A stretch of DNA of 40,758 nt from an uncultured Candidatus Saccharibacteria bacterium (GTDB lineage: Bacteria; Patescibacteriota; Saccharimonadia; Saccharimonadales; CAZARM01): NCBI GenBank assembly GCA_964487615.1, contig CAZARM010000001.1, forward strand, positions 98,226 through 138,983, written 5' to 3'. Both the position numbers and the translations under genes were made by a program. Below the pieces are notes generated by a model. It had not been told where the DNA came from. It worked only from the letters and a program-made list of their open reading frames with translations, and did no database searches. Each line of letters starts with the position of its first letter. Position 1 is the stretch's first letter. Below are positions 36,688 through 40,758 of this stretch, piece by piece.

Positions 36688-37485
36688 ATGCAAGATATGA
36701 TTACGGCCAAAGGTTTGACCAAGAAATTCAAGGATTTCACTGCAGTCGATGGGATTGATTTTGCCGTTAAAAAGGGCGAGATCTTTGCCTTTCTGGGCCC
36801 CAATGGAGCAGGAAAAAGCACTACCATCAAGATGCTGACAACTTTGTCTGCTCCAACTAGTGGAGCGGTAACGCTTGCAGGTTTTGACGTTATCACTCAG
36901 AAGGCAGAGGTACGAAACTCTTTTGGCATTGTTTTCCAAGACCCTAGTGTTGACGATGAACTGACGGCACTGGAGAACATGATGCTGCACGCTACGTTCT
37001 ACGGGCTGCCGAAAGCTGAAGCACTAGCTAGATCCCAGGAACTGCTTGAGATGGTGGAGCTATGGGACAGGCAGGCTAGCCTAGTGAAGACTTTTTCTGG
37101 TGGCATGAAGCGGCGGCTGGAGATTGCCCGCGGCTTGTTGCACCACCCTAACGTATTGTTTTTGGATGAACCCACCATCGGGCTGGACGCCCAAACCCGC
37201 AATGTTCTGTGGCGCTACGTTTCTGGAATGAGCAAGACCGAGGGAATGACGATTTTCTTCACCACCCACTATCTGGAAGAGGCCGAGCAATATGCCGAAC
37301 GCATTGCCATAATTGATCATGGTCATATCATTGCCAGTGGCACCACCGCACAACTCAAGGATAAAACCGGTACCAAAACTTTAGAAGCCGCATATTTAAA
37401 ACTAACTGGCGACAGCACGCGTGATGAAGACAGTAGTGCTGACAGCGTCGCCCGTAACCGTGCGCGAATGAGAGGGCGAAGATAA
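36688..37485 (+). CDS. ABC exporter ATP-binding subunit (DrrA-like)
   Basis: GPNGAGKST, FSGGMKRR, LFLDEPT and TTHY motifs. Confidence 0.95.
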   Translation: MQDMITAKGLTKKFKDFTAVDGIDFAVKKGEIFAFLGPNGAGKSTTIKMLTTLSAPTSGAVTLAGFDVITQKAEVRNSFGIVFQDPSVDDELTALENMMLHATFYGLPKAEALARSQELLEMVELWDRQASLVKTFSGGMKRRLEIARGLLHHPNVLFLDEPTIGLDAQTRNVLWRYVSGMSKTEGMTIFFTTHYLEEAEQYAERIAIIDHGHIIASGTTAQLKDKTGTKTLEAAYLKLTGDSTRDEDSSADSVARNRARMRGRR

Positions 37486-38231
37486 TGCGAGTTGTATTTG
37501 CACTTTGGGCGCGACAGATTAAGCGCTACATCCGGGCACGTTCCCGCATTGTTGGCGCTATTGGCCAACCGTTGTTGCTGTTGCTGGCGCTTGGTTATGG
37601 ACTAGGCTCTGCCTTTCAGCAGGCTGGTCATGGTAACTACTTGGCATTTTTGGTGCCCGGCATCATGGCGCAAACGGTGCTGTTTACGGCAGTGTTCTAT
37701 GGTATCAACGTTCTGTTTGATAAGCAGTTCGGCTTTTTGAAGGAGACTCTGGTGGCCCCCGTTTCAAGATTTAAGATCATGGTTGGCGGAGCGTTGGGTG
37801 GAGCTACGACCTCACTCTTCCAGGGGGCACTGGTCTTTATTATCGCCTTGGCATTGGGTGTTCACCCATACAATTGGTTGATGCTGCCAGTTGCCGTGCT
37901 AGTAATGTTCATGTTGGCCTTAGCGCTCACCAGTTTTAGTAGCGGTATAGCATCAATTGTGAATGACATACCTGGCTTCCAGTCGATTAACCAGTTCTTG
38001 ATTTTCCCGTTGTTCTTTTTGTCAGGTGCGCTATATCCCATCAGCAGTGCCCCAAAAGCGTTGCAAGTAATCGCTAGTATCAATCCCATCAGCTATGCTG
38101 TTGATGCCCTGCGTATCTGCCTGTTGGGGGCGGGACATTACGGCTTGCTGCTCGACTTTGTGGTACTGACCATTACACTCATAGCCCTGGTTATCTTTGG
38201 CTCCTACCGATTCACCAAAATCGAGGCCTAA
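37485..38231 (+). CDS. ABC-2 type permease (DrrB-like)
   Basis: About six TM segments, Y..FLVPG, G.LKE.LVAP, PLFFLSGALYP and NP.SYAVD motifs. Confidence 0.93.
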   Translation: MRVVFALWARQIKRYIRARSRIVGAIGQPLLLLLALGYGLGSAFQQAGHGNYLAFLVPGIMAQTVLFTAVFYGINVLFDKQFGFLKETLVAPVSRFKIMVGGALGGATTSLFQGALVFIIALALGVHPYNWLMLPVAVLVMFMLALALTSFSSGIASIVNDIPGFQSINQFLIFPLFFLSGALYPISSAPKALQVIASINPISYAVDALRICLLGAGHYGLLLDFVVLTITLIALVIFGSYRFTKIEA

Positions 38232-38265
38232 ACTAAAGTTTGCGTGGATTTGATACGATATAAGT

Positions 38266-38877
38266 ATGAGAAAAATAGTCGTTTTATCATTTATTACTTT
38301 AGATGGCGTTATGCAAGCACCAGGCGGACCTGACGAAGATACCTCATCAGGTTTTAAGTTTGGCGGCTGGCAAGCGCCGTATATTGCTGATGAGGCAATG
38401 CGGGAGATGACCAAGCAGCTCAGTATGCCGTTTGATTTGCTGTTGGGTAAAAAGACTTATGATATCTTTGCGGGGTATTGGCCAAAGCATCCAGAAATTG
38501 AAGTTGTAGCCGGTCCGTTTAACAAATGCACAAAATACGTTGTGTCGCACAAAAACATAGATCTGCCTTGGAAAGGTTCAGAATTAATTACCGGTGATGT
38601 GGTCGCCAAACTAAAGGAACTCAAGGCGTCGGATGGGCCAATGCTGCAAGTACATGGCAGTGGTAACCTGGTTCAAACCTTGCTGAAGGAAGACCTGGTT
38701 GACGAGCTGTGGCTAAAGATTCATCCGCTTACCTTAGGCAGTGGCAAGAAATTGTTTGAAGAAGGCACTATACCCGCAGCGTTTGAATTGATGGAACACA
38801 GCGTTACCTCTGATGGGGTGATATTTGCAAACTATAAACGTGCCGGAGAAGTCAAAACAGGAACAGTAGGGGAATAG
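38266..38877 (+). CDS. Dihydrofolate reductase-like / RibD C-terminal domain protein
   Basis: ITLDGVMQAPGG, LLLGKKTY, GSGNLVQ.L...DLVDEL...P..LG.GK.LF pattern. Confidence 0.9.
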   Translation: MRKIVVLSFITLDGVMQAPGGPDEDTSSGFKFGGWQAPYIADEAMREMTKQLSMPFDLLLGKKTYDIFAGYWPKHPEIEVVAGPFNKCTKYVVSHKNIDLPWKGSELITGDVVAKLKELKASDGPMLQVHGSGNLVQTLLKEDLVDELWLKIHPLTLGSGKKLFEEGTIPAAFELMEHSVTSDGVIFANYKRAGEVKTGTVGE

Positions 38878-38898
38878 ATATGGATAGCATTTCCTAAG

Positions 38899-39258
38899 AT
38901 GGAAGATCAAAAACCTCGGCTTTATACAATGAGCTTTACCAGGGTCTACCCTCTTTATATCGCTAAGGTAGAAAGAAAAGGGCGCACCAAAGCGGAAGTC
39001 GATGAAATCATTCATTGGATGACAGGGTATAGCCAGGCCGGCCTCCAGGCACAACTGGAAAAACAAACTGATCTTGAGACGTTCTTTGCGGAGGCTCCTA
39101 AGCTCAACCCTTCCCGTACTTTGATCAAAGGCATGATTTGTGGAATCCGAGTCGAAGATATCAAAGAACCAACCATGCAGGAAATCCGCTACCTGGATAA
39201 GCTAATCGACGAGTTAGCCAAAGGCAAAACCATGGATAAAATCCTGCGCGTAAAATGA
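38899..39258 (+). CDS. DUF2200 family protein
   Basis: M.F..VYPLY.AK.ERKGRTK.EVD...ICG.RVE.I....[16 protein letters not shown] pattern. Confidence 0.92.
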   Translation: MEDQKPRLYTMSFTRVYPLYIAKVERKGRTKAEVDEIIHWMTGYSQAGLQAQLEKQTDLETFFAEAPKLNPSRTLIKGMICGIRVEDIKEPTMQEIRYLDKLIDELAKGKTMDKILRVK

Positions 39259-39399
39259 CAAGCTATTCCGTCGATGCATCGATTAATTCATAGCCACTTC
39301 TGCAGAAGAAGGCTAGCCTCACCTACCCCCAGCCTCCTTGAGGGAGACGATATTGTTAGTTTCTGATATTATTAGATCAATATTTTAAAACTAAACGAT

Positions 39400-40491
39400 A
39401 TGAGAAACACACATATGAAACGGAACAAATTATTCAGTCGTGCAATTACTTGTTTAATACTTCTTGGCTCAAGCTTATTGGCTTCGAGCTCAGTCTCCGC
39501 TGGTACAACCAGCTACACGTTTAACGCAAACTGGACGGAGTCAACGTGTACCGGCACCATAAACGGTAGTACGGGCATAATCAGCTACCATGTAACACAG
39601 GGTGAAACGGTAAACACCAAACTAGTTAACCAATCTACGTCAGATCTTAACGTTGTGTACGCTAAATCAGGCGGAGACGGTAGCTTTTATAAGTTCGTAA
39701 AGGCCGGTGCCAGTGATAGCGAAAGCTTCACCAACGTCCAGGGTAATATTAGCGTCACTCCATCAGCGAACGGCTCTGGTTGTGGTACACCCGGCTATCA
39801 GTATTCTGGGCCTGGTCCGGCCAGTGCATCTATTACTGCTGACCCGCCGGCAACGACCACAACACCGGCAACCCCTAAAAGCACATCTTCGTCTACGACC
39901 AAGACGACCACACCAGCAACTACACCCGCGCCAGGCAGTGATTCGTCAGCCTCGACTGCCGCCAACCCCGTACAATTAACGTCGGTTTTAGTGGCGGGTA
40001 ACCAGGTGCCTCTGGATAGCCCTATTGAGTTAAGCCAGTCCCAAGAATTGGGACTGGCTGGCCACACTACGGCAAACGGTGTAGTCAACCTTACCATCCA
40101 CTCAACACCACAGACTGACACAACTACGGCCAACGCAAACGGTGACTGGAGCTATACGGTCAACGGCTTAGAGCCAGGGGAACATTATATTGAGGCCAGT
40201 GTCACCGACCCGACTACTAAGCAGACTTCGGCAACTGCCACATTGGTTTCGTTTACCGTAAACTCTCAGCCTGCAGCAGCAACACCAGCAAATAAGAATA
40301 ATAGATCCCTCGTTGGTTTACTGATATTGGCGTTGCTAGTGGCGGCAATCGTAGCATTAATATTAGCAAAAAAGGGACGGCTCTGGCCCGCGAGGAATAA
40401 GAAGTTAAGCACTAAATCTAACGATATTGATGCTATCGAGGATAATGCACTGTCAGCAGAGCTAAGTAACGACGAATCTGAGGACAAATAG
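39400..40491 (+). CDS. Cell-surface protein: signal peptide, beta domain, Thr/Pro linker, Ig-like domain, C-terminal TM anchor
   Basis: L.G.T.....V..TIHS.P....T.ANANGDWSY....LEPG.H is an Ig-like pattern. Hydrophobic tail followed by KKGR. Confidence 0.8.
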   Translation: MRNTHMKRNKLFSRAITCLILLGSSLLASSSVSAGTTSYTFNANWTESTCTGTINGSTGIISYHVTQGETVNTKLVNQSTSDLNVVYAKSGGDGSFYKFVKAGASDSESFTNVQGNISVTPSANGSGCGTPGYQYSGPGPASASITADPPATTTTPATPKSTSSSTTKTTTPATTPAPGSDSSASTAANPVQLTSVLVAGNQVPLDSPIELSQSQELGLAGHTTANGVVNLTIHSTPQTDTTTANANGDWSYTVNGLEPGEHYIEASVTDPTTKQTSATATLVSFTVNSQPAAATPANKNNRSLVGLLILALLVAAIVALILAKKGRLWPARNKKLSTKSNDIDAIEDNALSAELSNDESEDK

Positions 40492-40552
40492 ACTCAATAC
40501 CTGCAAGCTTCGGGACAGTAGCATAATTTTGTGGTTTACCGTAGAATATCAG

Positions 40553-40671
40553 GGTCTTGTCCAATATTCTGAACCAAGGAACTGTTTAGAAAATTGATAG
40601 GAGGAAGCGATCAGAAAATGGAGCAGAAGAAACATTATTCTTCTGCGTAAGCCGACCATCATTTCTGACGA
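40553..40671 (+). ncRNA. Structured tRNA-leader element, copy C (before tRNA-Phe)
   Basis: Follows TAGAAT (40542-40547). Hairpin CAATATTCTGAAC/GTTTAGAAAATTG, stem GCAGAAGAA/TTCTTCTGC, and GACGA abutting tRNA +1. Confidence 0.7.
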
Positions 40672-40747
40672 GGCTCTTTAGCTCAGTTGGTAGAGCAGAG
40701 GCTTGAAGAGCCTTGTGTCCCCAGTTCGAGTCTGGGAGGAGCCACCA
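40672..40747 (+). tRNA. tRNA-Phe(GAA)
   Basis: GGCTCTT/AGGAGCC acceptor, GAGGC-TTGAAGA-GCCTT, TTCGAGT loop and CCA. Confidence 0.97.
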
Positions 40748-40758
40748 AAGAAAAAGCC

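Noticed and set aside
32794-40491. Prophage or integrative element at the tRNA cluster
   Set aside because: No integrase, no structural phage genes and no duplicated tRNA 3' end (att site). The only duplication is of the tRNA-Gly 5' part.
40660-40700. Hammerhead ribozyme core suggested by CTGACGA in leader copy C
   Set aside because: Copies A and B read GTGACGA and CCGACGA, and there is no stem II plus GAAA after the motif because the tRNA follows directly.

Overview
A 40.8-kb bacterial chromosome segment, translated with standard code 11. It is most consistent with a Patescibacteria/CPR genome, probably Saccharibacteria (inference from a Cys-less L32, rpsP-khpA-trmD without rimM, a Nudix-bearing LeuRS and many orphan ORFs). 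It carries housekeeping genes (trmD, khpA, rpsP, rnc, nusB, rpmF, leuS, ddl, murF, ligA, htpX, lemA) and five intact tRNAs (Ala-GGC, Leu-TAA, Cys-GCA, Gly-GCC, Phe-GAA). It also has an ApbE/FMN-binding flavinylation pair, Ni-SOD with its protease, and two clusters of small stress/detox genes (five VOC proteins, DUF1905, DUF1801, RibD-C, DUF2200, an ABC-2 exporter). The most striking unexplained signal is non-coding: a ~110-130 nt two-domain structured element occurs three times. Each copy lies just after a -10 box and ends in GACGA exactly at nucleotide +1 of a tRNA (Cys, Phe) or of a tRNA-Gly-derived, T-arm-less pseudo-tRNA. Other notable items are a four-helix-bundle gene enclosed by inverted heptamer repeats between lemA and htpX, a ~220-nt nested hairpin 3' of rnc, a WhiB fusion protein, a pseudo-PAP2/kinase fusion, and widespread apparently leaderless genes. 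No CRISPR array, rRNA, transposase or integrase was seen. All calls are by eye from motifs; no searches or folding programs were run.
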